A stretch of 64,000 nucleotides of DNA from an uncultured Hyphomicrobiales bacterium (GTDB taxonomy: Bacteria; Pseudomonadota; Alphaproteobacteria; Rhizobiales; Xanthobacteraceae): positions 28,578 to 92,577 of the forward strand of contig CAZNPX010000006.1 of NCBI GenBank assembly GCA_964575175.1, given 5' to 3'. A program made the position numbers and the translations under genes. Shown one piece after another: positions 53,922 to 62,964 of this stretch. Numbering within the stretch: position 1 is the stretch's first letter; every line of letters begins with the position of its first letter. The notes below the pieces were generated by a model, which saw only the letters and a program-made list of their open reading frames with translations, did not search any database and had not been told where the DNA came from.

Positions 53922-54355
53922 TACCAGACCGGCAACATCTGCATCGGAACCTTGAGCAGGTATCCGAAGATGAACCACCCGACGGCGACAAGCAGCACAC
54001 TCAGGATAAATGCGAGCATCAGGCTTTTCCGCTCAAAACACATGACCCAGGCGACGATGAGCGTGACCGTGGGAATGATAAAACCGAGATAAGGAAGCAC
54101 GACCGCGTAGGCGCACAACATGACGATCGCGATCAGCGGATGAGGATGAAACCTCTCTCCGTTGTCGAACTTCTCGCGAAGCACGAGGACCAGCACCGGC
54201 GCCACAAACACCGCGGCAACGAACGGGAGCAATCCGGGTCCTGGACCGTCTTCGGTCCAGAACCCGAGATTCCACGAAGCGATGCCGAACGCGATTGCGG
54301 TGACCGCAATCAGCGCGACGGCAACGTTGATCGGGCGTTCGAACGCGCGATGCAT
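53921..54355 (-). CDS. tctB: tripartite tricarboxylate transporter small subunit TctB
   Basis: 144-aa, 4-TM ORF between tctC and tctA. 1-nt overlaps on both sides. Confidence 0.8.
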   Translation of the reverse strand: MHRAFERPINVAVALIAVTAIAFGIASWNLGFWTEDGPGPGLLPFVAAVFVAPVLVLVLREKFDNGERFHPHPLIAIVMLCAYAVVLPYLGFIIPTVTLIVAWVMCFERKSLMLAFILSVLLVAVGWFIFGYLLKVPMQMLPVW

Positions 54356-55308
54356 TACTGCTTCTTGCTGCTCTCGATCAGTTCCTTGGCGAGCGCGTAT
54401 TCGCCCTCGACCAGCTTCTTCACTTCGTTGCCGGGAAGATCCACGACCTGCATCGCAAGCTTCTTCATGGTTTCCTGGAACGCCTTGTCGCTCAGCGCCT
54501 TGCGGAACGCGCCTTCGAGCTTGAGACGGATGTCCTCAGGCAGTCCCTTCGGGGCGATGATCGCCTGCACCGAGCGCAGCGACTTGAAGCCGAGCTCGCC
54601 GAAGGTCGGCACATCCGGATAGACATCGGAGCGCTTCACCGCCGAAACCGCGAGCAGGCGCATCTGCTTGCTTTCGACGAAGGGCGCCCAGACCGAGGTT
54701 TCCATGATGAAATCGACGTGGCCGCCGAGCAGCGCCGGCGCGGAGGCGGCGGAGCCCTGCTGCGGCACGTGCACGAATTTCGCGGCCGACGAGCGCTGCA
54801 ACGCCTCGATGGTCAGGTGCTGCGTGGTGCCGACGCCGGCGGTGCCGTATTTCAGCTTGCCGGGGTTCGCCTTGCCGAACGCCAGGAGGTCGGCCAGCGT
54901 TTTATGCGGCGAGTCCTGCAACACGGCGATGCCGATCAGATTGTCTCCGTAATAGCTGATGTAGGAGAAATCGTGGATCGGATCGAAGGAGAGCTGGCGC
55001 CCCTGCAACGAGACGAGATAGCCGGTGCTGGAAAGCGTTCCGATGGTGTAGCCGTCGGGATTCGCCTTCGCGAGCTCGGCCATGCCGATGGTGGTCGATG
55101 CGCCGGGGCGGTTCACCACGACGATCGGCTGACCGAGATAGGCTTCCGCCGCCTTCGCGAGCACGCGCGCGGTCTGGTCGGTGCTGCCGCCCGGCGCCCA
55201 CGGCACGATGAGGGTGATCGGCTTGTCGGGATACTGCGCTTGCGCAGGCTGTACGACGAATGCGGCGGACATCGCCGCAAGCGCCAGAACCAAATGTCTG
55301 AACTTCAT
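54355..55308 (-). CDS. tctC: Bug/TctC family periplasmic substrate-binding protein
   Basis: Start reset to ATG 55308 (GGAAGAGGTG SD). Signal peptide MKFRHLVLALAAMSAAFVVQPAQAQ followed by YPDKPITLIVPWAPGGSTD. Confidence 0.9.
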   Translation of the reverse strand: MKFRHLVLALAAMSAAFVVQPAQAQYPDKPITLIVPWAPGGSTDQTARVLAKAAEAYLGQPIVVVNRPGASTTIGMAELAKANPDGYTIGTLSSTGYLVSLQGRQLSFDPIHDFSYISYYGDNLIGIAVLQDSPHKTLADLLAFGKANPGKLKYGTAGVGTTQHLTIEALQRSSAAKFVHVPQQGSAASAPALLGGHVDFIMETSVWAPFVESKQMRLLAVSAVKRSDVYPDVPTFGELGFKSLRSVQAIIAPKGLPEDIRLKLEGAFRKALSDKAFQETMKKLAMQVVDLPGNEVKKLVEGEYALAKELIESSKKQ

Positions 55309-55415
55309 GTTAGCACCTCTTCCCTGTTTCAACCCAGTTCAACACCAAAAGCAGAACCCGCGCACTTCCATCCAATACCGTTTACGGAATACGGAGAAGT
55401 GCATGGCGATCCCGT

Positions 55416-55880
55416 TCATTCACGAATTGCGAAAACCGCCTCAACCTCGGTCGCGGCATTGAGCGGCAAGGAATTGCAGCCGACCGCCGCGCGCGTGTGG
55501 CGGCCCGCATCCCCCAAGGCAAGGACAATAAGATCCGAAGCGCCGTTCACGACCTGCGGATGCTCGGCGAAGTCCGGCCCGCAATTGACGAAGCCGCCGA
55601 GACGAACGCAGCGATCGATCCGCTCGAGATTTCCCAGCACCAGCCTGGCCTGCGCCAGAATGTTCAGCGCGCAAAGCTGCGCGGAGAGCTTGCCGTCGGC
55701 GACGCTGACGTCCTGACCGACTTTTCCGCGGTAGCGCACTTCGCCGGACGTTACTGGCAACTGCCCCGACACGAACAGGAGTCCGCCCAGGGCCATGGCC
55801 GGCACGTAGTTCGCCACACTGGGCTGCGCCACGGGGACTTCGAATCCCGCTTCCCGCAAACGCTGCTCGACCACCGACAT
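55416..55880 (-). CDS. RidA/YjgF family protein
   Basis: 154-aa ORF with typical family layout (...LLFVSGQLP..., ...RAAVGCNSLPLNAATEVEAVF). Confidence 0.85.
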   Translation of the reverse strand: MSVVEQRLREAGFEVPVAQPSVANYVPAMALGGLLFVSGQLPVTSGEVRYRGKVGQDVSVADGKLSAQLCALNILAQARLVLGNLERIDRCVRLGGFVNCGPDFAEHPQVVNGASDLIVLALGDAGRHTRAAVGCNSLPLNAATEVEAVFAIRE

Positions 55881-55886
55881 CCTGTC

Positions 55887-55903
55887 GTTCCTATTATTGG
55901 AAC
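55887..55903. promoter_or_regulatory. perfect inverted repeat GTTCC-TATTATT-GGAAC
   Basis: Read directly. Begins 7 nt upstream of the RidA ATG and overlaps its AGGAA SD. Downstream of an IclR gene. Confidence 0.3.
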
Positions 55904-56001
55904 ATCGTTCTCACTTTGTAGAATTTGTTTAACCGCTAATCCGGGTCAATGCAACGAATCTCCGAACGGCGTGCCGGCATCAAAGCTGTGCGTTCGGCGC
56001 G

Positions 56002-56784
56002 TTATCTTGCCGCTCTGGGCGGCGCGCCGAGCCGCTGCGAAATGCGGTCTGCCGCTTCTTTCACCATTTTGCACAATTCGGAGATCGCCTTTGCCGTGAG
56101 TTTCTGTCCCGGCACCGCGCCGCTGATCGCCGCGATCGTATCGCCCGATGCATTGCGGATCGGCGCGCCGGCTGCGAATACATTCTCGATATTCTCCTCG
56201 TCGCAGACGACGTAGCCGAGACGGCGGCAATCCTCGAGATCCTTGGCGAGCGCGGAAAAAGTGCGGCGCGTTTTCTTCGTCAACTGCCTATAGGGCGCGG
56301 GCCCGAGCAGGGCCGCGGCTTCGGCGTCGGTCATCGCAGAGAGCAGCGCCTTGCCGAGCGCGGTCGAATGCATCCAGGTGGTCGAGCCGGGCGCGTTGGT
56401 AATCGTGATCGGGGCGCCGCTCTGCACGGCGGCGAGATAGACGACGGAGCGATCCCGCAGCACGCCGAGGAAGCTGTTGACATGATGCTGGTCCGCGAGC
56501 CACCGCAGCTCCGGCGCGGCGGCCGCGTTCAGATCGACATTGGTGAGAAACTTCGCGCCGATCTGGAACGACTTGTATCCGATCTTCCAGCGCGATGTCT
56601 CGATCGACTTCTCGATGAAGCCGGCGTCCGACAGGGTATTGACCAATCGCTGCGCCATGCTGGGCGCGATCTTCAACTGCCGGGCGATGTCGCGCACACC
56701 CATCTCGCCGTTGGTTCCGAGCAACTCAAGGATGCGCAAGGCCCGCGCAACGGTCTGGCTTCCGCCCTTCTTTTCTTGCGGCAT
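56002..56784 (-). CDS. IclR family transcriptional regulator
   Basis: wHTH (LRILELLGTNGEMGVRDIARQLKIAPSMAQRLVNTL) plus an IclR effector domain. Confidence 0.85.
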   Translation of the reverse strand: MPQEKKGGSQTVARALRILELLGTNGEMGVRDIARQLKIAPSMAQRLVNTLSDAGFIEKSIETSRWKIGYKSFQIGAKFLTNVDLNAAAAPELRWLADQHHVNSFLGVLRDRSVVYLAAVQSGAPITITNAPGSTTWMHSTALGKALLSAMTDAEAAALLGPAPYRQLTKKTRRTFSALAKDLEDCRRLGYVVCDEENIENVFAAGAPIRNASGDTIAAISGAVPGQKLTAKAISELCKMVKEAADRISQRLGAPPRAAR

Positions 56785-56826
56785 TCTCTACCACCGGGTT
56801 GGTTCTGGTTTCATCGACGGCACGGC

Positions 56827-57420
56827 TCACCCGAACGCACGCTTCCATTTCAGATAGTCGTCCGGTTCATCAATATCGAACTCGAGCGCTTCGTTGCGAA
56901 GGATCGTGGGATTGCGGTTCTGCGCGAGCGCGTTATCGACGTGAACCCGAAAACTATTCTCGCCGTAGGCGAAGCGGAAGTCCGCGAACGCGCCGTTGCG
57001 CAGCAGGAGCACATTGGTGCCGGCCTGCCTGCGATCCGGCACGATAACGACGTCACCCGCGGCGGCGGTTACGCTCGCTAGGGATTTTTCCGTCGCAAGG
57101 GGAATGTCGATCGGCAGGATCAGGACCTCGGCAGGGAGGCCTGATTTCGCAAGCTCGGCCCGCGCGCCCGAGAGGGCGGCGTTCAGGTCGGGCCACGCCT
57201 CGGCGAACGTCTCGATGCCCTCGCCGGCCGCGATCTCGCGCGCTTTTTCATCCGCACTGACGAGCCTGACGTTCGCCGCTCCCGCGATCCCGCGCGCGAG
57301 CTTCAGCGTGTCGGCGAGGAAGCGCTCGCAAAGCGCCTGCCGTTCCGCCTGCGTGAGCAATCCCGCCAGCCTGGATTTTCCGGAGGCCAGCGACTTGCAG
57401 GGAACGAGGATCACGGGCAT
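56827..57420 (-). CDS. cofC: 2-phospho-L-lactate (or PEP/3-PG) guanylyltransferase CofC/FbiD
   Basis: Start reset to ATG 57420 (MPVILVPCKSLASGKSRL, the usual CofC N-terminus). ~197 aa. 5 nt after the cofD stop. Confidence 0.85.
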   Translation of the reverse strand: MPVILVPCKSLASGKSRLAGLLTQAERQALCERFLADTLKLARGIAGAANVRLVSADEKAREIAAGEGIETFAEAWPDLNAALSGARAELAKSGLPAEVLILPIDIPLATEKSLASVTAAAGDVVIVPDRRQAGTNVLLLRNGAFADFRFAYGENSFRVHVDNALAQNRNPTILRNEALEFDIDEPDDYLKWKRAFG

Positions 57421-57425
57421 GGCCG

Positions 57426-58385
57426 TCAACGGCTCCGCAACGCGGAGGCGAATTCCAGGCACTGCTGCGCGAGGGCCACCCGCTCGGCGTCCGTTTTCAT
57501 GATGGTGTTCTCGATCCGCACCTGCATGCCGAGCGCTTCGATCTCGTGCTTCAGCGCCGCGTCGCTGGTGTCGATGACGAAGCCGTCGACAAGCCCGCGA
57601 TAATGTTGCGCCACGGTTCTGGCGGAGGGCTCATGGCCGAGCTCGCCCATGATCTTCGCAGCCGGGCCCTTGATCGCCATGCCGGCGACGATGGGAGACA
57701 CCGCGATCACCGGCGCGCCGCAACTCCGCAGCCAGTCCCGAAACTCCGGAAGCTCGAGCATGGGATCGATGCTCAGATAAGGATTGGAAGGGCACAACAC
57801 GATGGCCGCGGGCGGCGCGACCGATCTCCTGCGGCGCAGCGCTTCGCTGATCGACGCTTCCCTTGCGCCGCGGAATTCCAGCCGCCTGACGGCCGGCGCG
57901 CAGGCAAGGCGGACGAAGTATTCCTGAAACGCGATTTCCGCGTCCGCGGTGTGAACGATGGTCCGCACCTTATCGTCGGACATCGGCAATATCTCGGCGC
58001 GCACGCCGAACGCGCGGCACAACTCGCGGGTCACCTGCGTGAGCGTGGCGCCTTCCGCAAGCCGGCGCGTGCGCAGCACATGGGTCGCGAGATCCCGATC
58101 GCCGAGCTTGAACCAGACCGGGCCGCCGAGCCGCGAAAGCTGATCCATGAAGCTCCAGCTTTCGCCTTCCAGCCCCCAGCCCTGCGCGCGATTGGCGACG
58201 CCGCCGAGCGTGTACATCACCGTGTCGAGATCGGGAGAGACATGAAGCCCGAGATGCTCGAAATCGTCGGCGGTGTTGACGGCGACGACGAGATTTTCTT
58301 CCCTTATATGCTGGAGGCCGGCGGCGAGCTTGGCCCCGCCCACGCCCCCGGCAATCGCGAGCACCCAGCCACCGGCAGCGCTCAC
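57426..58385 (-). CDS. cofD: 2-phospho-L-lactate transferase CofD/FbiA
   Basis: 319-aa ORF with LAIAGGVGGAKLAAGL...VNTADDFEHLGLHVSPDLDTVMYTL, characteristic of CofD. Confidence 0.9.
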   Translation of the reverse strand: MSAAGGWVLAIAGGVGGAKLAAGLQHIREENLVVAVNTADDFEHLGLHVSPDLDTVMYTLGGVANRAQGWGLEGESWSFMDQLSRLGGPVWFKLGDRDLATHVLRTRRLAEGATLTQVTRELCRAFGVRAEILPMSDDKVRTIVHTADAEIAFQEYFVRLACAPAVRRLEFRGAREASISEALRRRRSVAPPAAIVLCPSNPYLSIDPMLELPEFRDWLRSCGAPVIAVSPIVAGMAIKGPAAKIMGELGHEPSARTVAQHYRGLVDGFVIDTSDAALKHEIEALGMQVRIENTIMKTDAERVALAQQCLEFASALRSR

Positions 58386-59137
58386 CGGAACAGGTCCTTG
58401 TTTTTCGGACGCAGCAGATCCCGGCTGTCGCCGTTTCCGGTGAGGATCGCCTTTCCTCTCACATGCACGATCGGCCAGCCCTCGTCGGCCTGTCCCATCA
58501 CGACGGACGCGGCGGCGGCGATTTCATCGCCCCGGCCGACCTCGGTGGTTTCCAGCTTGCGGCCGAGCAGATCCGGCTTGCCGCGCAGATCCAGCAACGT
58601 CGCGACGCCGCTGCCGCCGATCAGCGTGCCGATGGTGCCGTTTCGCCACGCGCGGCCGATGCTGTCGATAATCATGACGCCGATCTCGTGGCCCGTCTGC
58701 GCCTCGATGTCGGCGCGGATGCGCCGCGCCGAAACGTCCGGCGCGAGCGGCAGCAGCAATGCATGGTCTTCGCCTTCCACGTTGGAGCGGTCGATGCCCG
58801 CATTCGCGAGCACGAGCCCCAGCCGGTGCTCGACGATGATCACCCCCGGCAGCGCGCGGAGGACGTCTTTCGATTCCGACAGGATAAGCTCGACCACGCG
58901 CGGATCTTTGTGCGCGACCGCGGCGAGCTCGATTGCGGCGGCCGAGGGCTTCACCGTCGAGAGTTCGACGAGCCGCCCTTCGGCTTTCGAGACGACCTTC
59001 TGGGCATAGACGAACAGATCGCCCGCATCGACGGCGATGCCCGACGCGGCGGCCGCATCCAGCGTTATCCGCGCGAGATCGTCCCCGGCATGCACCATGG
59101 GCACCCCGCGCAGGGCTGTCAGCGTGAGACTGCTCAT
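58382..59137 (-). CDS. cofE: coenzyme F420-0:L-glutamate ligase CofE (single-domain, no FbiB nitroreductase domain)
   Basis: 251-aa ORF (...VVSKAEGR...LANAGIDRSNV...). ATGA overlap with cofD. The length leaves no room for a C-terminal nitroreductase-like domain. Confidence 0.9.
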   Translation of the reverse strand: MSSLTLTALRGVPMVHAGDDLARITLDAAAASGIAVDAGDLFVYAQKVVSKAEGRLVELSTVKPSAAAIELAAVAHKDPRVVELILSESKDVLRALPGVIIVEHRLGLVLANAGIDRSNVEGEDHALLLPLAPDVSARRIRADIEAQTGHEIGVMIIDSIGRAWRNGTIGTLIGGSGVATLLDLRGKPDLLGRKLETTEVGRGDEIAAAASVVMGQADEGWPIVHVRGKAILTGNGDSRDLLRPKNKDLFR

Positions 59138-59211
59138 TCGTGTCGTTCGATCCCAATCGAATCGGCTTCGAAGCCCTTCTTACCCCGCGGCAGAAACTCC
59201 GTCAGTCTCCG

Positions 59212-60216
59212 TCACCCTACCTTCGCCATGACGTCGCGCGCAAACCACTCGATCTGATCGTTCATCTCGCTCACGCTGTCCGCGGGGAACATCAGCGCGC
59301 TGCAATGATCGATCCCGATGGCCTTTAGCTTCGCAACTTTCTCGATGATGACGTCGGGCGAGCCGACGAGGTTTGCGATCACCTGATGGCTCAGGTCGCG
59401 GCCGGTATAGGCGAGCGACACGCGATGCGCGACCAGCCCGCTTTCCATGTAGCGCTTTTCCGCGGCTTCCATGGTCTTGTCGATGGTGACGGAGAACTGC
59501 GGCGCGATCTCGATGTCGGCCGGGTTTCTGCCGAGCTCGGCCGCGCGCGTCTTCAGGTTCTTGATTCTTTCCTCCAGCTCCGTGAGCGGACGCCAGCCCG
59601 GCAGCCAGCCCTGGCCGTAGCGCGCGGCGCGCTCGATCGCCTCGAGGTTGTGGCCGCCGATATAAAGCGGGAACGGCTGCGCCCTGCTCTTCGGAAACAT
59701 CTCGACGTCCTTGAAGGAGTAATATTTTCCCTCGAAGCTCGCGCTCTTTTCCTTGAACAGCATTTCGAGCGACGTCAGCGCCTCGTCCATCATGTCGCCG
59801 CGGCGGGCCTTCGCGGCCCGCGAGCCGCCCCATGCCAGAAACTCCTCGCGATAGGCGCCGAGTCCGACGGCCATGATGAAGCGGCCGTTCGACATCTGGT
59901 CGAGCGTGATGGCCTGCTTCGCGAGATAGACGGGATCGCGCATCGGCAAGACGCAAAGCGCCGTTCCCAGTTTCAGCTTCGTCGTGACGGCGCCGATTGC
60001 CGCAAGCACGACCAGCGGCTCGTAGAAATTCGGCGGCGTGTTCGGGAACAGATCCCGCACATAATCCTGGGTCGTGATGTGGTCGTTGCCCCAGACCGAA
60101 TCGTAGCCGAGCCGCTCGCAGAGCTTGCCCTGCTCGATGAAATCTTCCGGGCCCGCGAACGGAATCGGATACATGACGCCTTCGAACCCCGTCGAAAGAC
60201 ATACGCTGAATTTCAT
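59212..60216 (-). CDS. LLM-class oxidoreductase, probably F420-dependent
   Basis: 334-aa LLM TIM-barrel pattern (LGYDSVWGNDHI..., MAVGLGAYREEF...). Sits 74 nt upstream of cofE. Confidence 0.8.
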   Translation of the reverse strand: MKFSVCLSTGFEGVMYPIPFAGPEDFIEQGKLCERLGYDSVWGNDHITTQDYVRDLFPNTPPNFYEPLVVLAAIGAVTTKLKLGTALCVLPMRDPVYLAKQAITLDQMSNGRFIMAVGLGAYREEFLAWGGSRAAKARRGDMMDEALTSLEMLFKEKSASFEGKYYSFKDVEMFPKSRAQPFPLYIGGHNLEAIERAARYGQGWLPGWRPLTELEERIKNLKTRAAELGRNPADIEIAPQFSVTIDKTMEAAEKRYMESGLVAHRVSLAYTGRDLSHQVIANLVGSPDVIIEKVAKLKAIGIDHCSALMFPADSVSEMNDQIEWFARDVMAKVG

Positions 60217-60218
60217 TT

Positions 60219-61178
60219 CTATCTCCCGTGAATTTTTAGAATGCTGGAAATCTGCTCGGACGCGCGAACACCCGCGATGACGACTTCGTCGAGGCCCGCG
60301 CGCTGGTACGTCTCGAAGCGCTCGCGCAACTGCGCGGCGGTGCCGCTGACGGCGTGGCGGCGAACGATGTCGTCGGTAATCAGCGCTTCCGCCGCGGCCC
60401 AGTCGTTCGCGAGCACCGCGCCGTTCAGGGCCGCCTGGTCGAGCCGGCTTCCCGCCGCATCCAGATTTGCCCTGTGGTGCGGCCCGCGCAGCAGAATCGC
60501 GAGCGCGCGGCGCAGCCTGTCGTTCGCGACCGTTTCGCTCGCGTCGATCGAGGAATAAACGAGCCCGTGCGTGCGCACCGGCCTGCCCTTCGCGCCGCGC
60601 CGGACATGATCCAGCGTCTGCTCGACGAAGGGCACCGACGCACCCGCGCTGATGAGCACGCCATCCGCTTCCGCGCCGGCAAGCTCGAGCATGCCCGGGC
60701 CCGACGCCGCGAGCACGATCGGGACGTTGCGCGCCCCGGTCACGAGCGCGCGCGAGGAAATGCTGAAGTGATCGCCTTCGTAGCGGACGGTTTCTCCGGC
60801 GAGCAGCGCCCGCGTGATCTTCAAGGCCTCGCGCATCAGCTTCAGCGGCTTCGAGCCGTCGATCGCGAGCGCATTGAGATCGGCCGGGGCGCCGACGCCC
60901 AGACAGAGCGTCACGCGGCCGGGAAACATTTCATCGAGCGTGGCGACGCTCATCGCCGCCTGCACCGGATGGATGGTCAGCGGGCTCACCGCCATGAGCG
61001 CGACATTCACCCGTTCGGTGCGGGCCAGCGAAAGCGCCGCCAGCGATACCGGATCGCGCAGGAACAGATGGTTCGCGGCCCACAAGGCGCGCGCGCCGCC
61101 CGCTTCGGCAAGCGCCAGCTTCTCCAGAAACTGCTGCGGCGTATCGCGGCCGTCGGTCGATACCGAGAGATCAAACAA
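60219..61178 (-). CDS. LLM-class oxidoreductase, probably F420-dependent
   Basis: 319-aa LLM pattern (ARALWAANHLFLRDP..., TLCLGVGAP...). 2 nt from the next LLM gene; 8-nt overlap with the upstream 2Fe-2S gene. Confidence 0.75.
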   Translation of the reverse strand: MFDLSVSTDGRDTPQQFLEKLALAEAGGARALWAANHLFLRDPVSLAALSLARTERVNVALMAVSPLTIHPVQAAMSVATLDEMFPGRVTLCLGVGAPADLNALAIDGSKPLKLMREALKITRALLAGETVRYEGDHFSISSRALVTGARNVPIVLAASGPGMLELAGAEADGVLISAGASVPFVEQTLDHVRRGAKGRPVRTHGLVYSSIDASETVANDRLRRALAILLRGPHHRANLDAAGSRLDQAALNGAVLANDWAAAEALITDDIVRRHAVSGTAAQLRERFETYQRAGLDEVVIAGVRASEQISSILKIHGR

Positions 61179-61632
61179 GGCTTTTCACCGCTTCGAGAAT
61201 TTTGATGTAGCCGGTGCAGCGGCAGATATTGCCGCGGAGAAAGTGGCGGATTTCCTCCTCGGTCGCGGACGGCTTCAGTTCGAGCAGCGCCGTGGTCGCG
61301 AGCACCATGCCCGAGGTGCAGAAGCCGCACTGCATCGCCGCATGATCGACGAACGCCTGCTGCACCCGGCTCAGCTTTCCATCCGCCGCGAGCCCCTCGA
61401 TGGTCGTCACCGACTTGCCGTCGGCATCGACGGCGAGCGTCGTGCAACTGCTGACCGGAAGCCGGTCGACGAGCACCGTGCAGGCGCCGCAGACCTCGAC
61501 GTCGCAGGATCGCTTGGTGCCCTTCAGCTTGCAGCGGTCGCGCAGCACGTCGACCAGAAGCTCGGAGGAATCGACCGTCAATTCCCGCGGCGACCCGTTC
61601 ACGATCAAGGAGATGGTTGTCGGATCACGCAT
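61171..61632 (-). CDS. (2Fe-2S)-binding small subunit (module C)
   Basis: Motifs CDVEVCGACTV and CGFCTSGM...CRCTGY. Confidence 0.9.
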   Translation of the reverse strand: MRDPTTISLIVNGSPRELTVDSSELLVDVLRDRCKLKGTKRSCDVEVCGACTVLVDRLPVSSCTTLAVDADGKSVTTIEGLAADGKLSRVQQAFVDHAAMQCGFCTSGMVLATTALLELKPSATEEEIRHFLRGNICRCTGYIKILEAVKSLV

Positions 61633-62506
61633 GGCGCGCGTCCCCGGCAGGAGGGACGCCGCATGCCGCCATCAACGTCCGCTGGATCAGCACCGCGGCG
61701 AGATGCTGCTTGTAGTCGGCGCTGCCGTGAAGATCGCTCGTCGCGGAAATCTTCGATGCGAATTGCCGCGCCGCCGCAGGCAGGACGTCGGGCAGCGCCG
61801 GCACCGGCACGCCCGCAAGCGCATCCTCGACTTCCTTTGCGTGAATCGGATGCTCGCCGATGGCGCCGAGCCAGATGCGGTACTCGTTGCCGCTTCCGCC
61901 GCCAACGAAGCCCGCGGACACGCCGACCGCGGGGCGCTCGAGGTGGCCGGTTTTCCGGTAGCAGAAACTTTCGCCCGCCTTCGTCACCGGAATCCTGATT
62001 TCCGAAATCAGCTCGTTATCCTCGCGTATCGTGGTGAATTCGCCGACGATGAACTCGGCCACCGGGACCGAGCGCTTCGACTGCGGGGAAACCAACGTGA
62101 CCGATGCGCCCATCGCGGCAAGAAGCGACGGCGGATCGGAATGGGCTTCGGCAAATCCGAGATTCCCCGCGAGCGTGCCGGCGGCGCGGACGCGAATGTT
62201 CGCGATGCCGTCGCTCAGCGCCGCATAAGCGGGAACGCGGCTCCTGACGAACTCGCTGCTCGCGAGCTCATGATGGGTGACGAGCGCGCCAATGACGAGT
62301 TCTTCGCCCTCCACGCGCAGGCCCCTGAATTCCTCGATCCGCTTCAGGTCGATCAAATGCTCGTAGCGGAGCACCCGCGCCTTCAGCGCGAGCAGCAACT
62401 CGGTGCCGCCCGCATAAACGGCCGCGTCGTCCCCGTGCTTCGAGAGCAACTCGAAAACCGCGGGAAGACCGCCGGGCCGGTGATGCGTGAACGGTGCGAG
62501 GAACAC
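61625..62506 (-). CDS. FAD-binding subunit (CoxM-like) of molybdo-hydroxylase (module C)
   Basis: 293-aa ORF with YAGGTELLLALK and uninterrupted AGTLAGNLGFAEAHSDPPSLLAAMGA. Confidence 0.85.
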   Translation of the reverse strand: MFLAPFTHHRPGGLPAVFELLSKHGDDAAVYAGGTELLLALKARVLRYEHLIDLKRIEEFRGLRVEGEELVIGALVTHHELASSEFVRSRVPAYAALSDGIANIRVRAAGTLAGNLGFAEAHSDPPSLLAAMGASVTLVSPQSKRSVPVAEFIVGEFTTIREDNELISEIRIPVTKAGESFCYRKTGHLERPAVGVSAGFVGGGSGNEYRIWLGAIGEHPIHAKEVEDALAGVPVPALPDVLPAAARQFASKISATSDLHGSADYKQHLAAVLIQRTLMAACGVPPAGDARHA

Positions 62507-62509
62507 GGC

Positions 62510-62962
62510 CTACACCTGCGCCAGCTGTTCTTTGATACGGCGCTCGAACTCCACGAAGTTTTCTTCCGCCTTCTTCTTGATGACGGAATAACCGAGCGAG
62601 GCCAGTCGGCCCGCGACGTTGAGGCTCGCGTTCACGGCAAACCTGCTCGCGCCGGATTCCACCGGATCGACGGTGACGTGCAGCGCGACCGTGAGCGTGG
62701 TGCCGGTGAACTTGTCCTTCCCGGTGGCGGCAGCCTTGACGAAGGAGGGCTCCTCGAAGCTTTCGACCGCAATCTGCGCCGGGACTTCCAGCTTGAAGGG
62801 GCCGATCTTCTGCTTCATCACCGCGCTGTACGATTTGAGCTTCTCCTGCACCTCGATGCTTTCGCAGCCGGGAATGCAGGCGGCCATGCGCTCGATGTCG
62901 ATCATCATGGTCCAGATGCGCTCGGGCGCCGTAGGCAGCACGGTTTCAAAGCTGAAATCCAT
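62510..62962 (-). CDS. CoxG/SRPBCC family protein
   Basis: 150-aa ORF with a CoxG-like pattern (IERMAACIPGCESIE..., KIGPFKLE...). Embedded between the Mo and FAD subunit genes. Confidence 0.8.
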   Translation of the reverse strand: MDFSFETVLPTAPERIWTMMIDIERMAACIPGCESIEVQEKLKSYSAVMKQKIGPFKLEVPAQIAVESFEEPSFVKAAATGKDKFTGTTLTVALHVTVDPVESGASRFAVNASLNVAGRLASLGYSVIKKKAEENFVEFERRIKEQLAQV

Positions 62963-62964
62963 CG

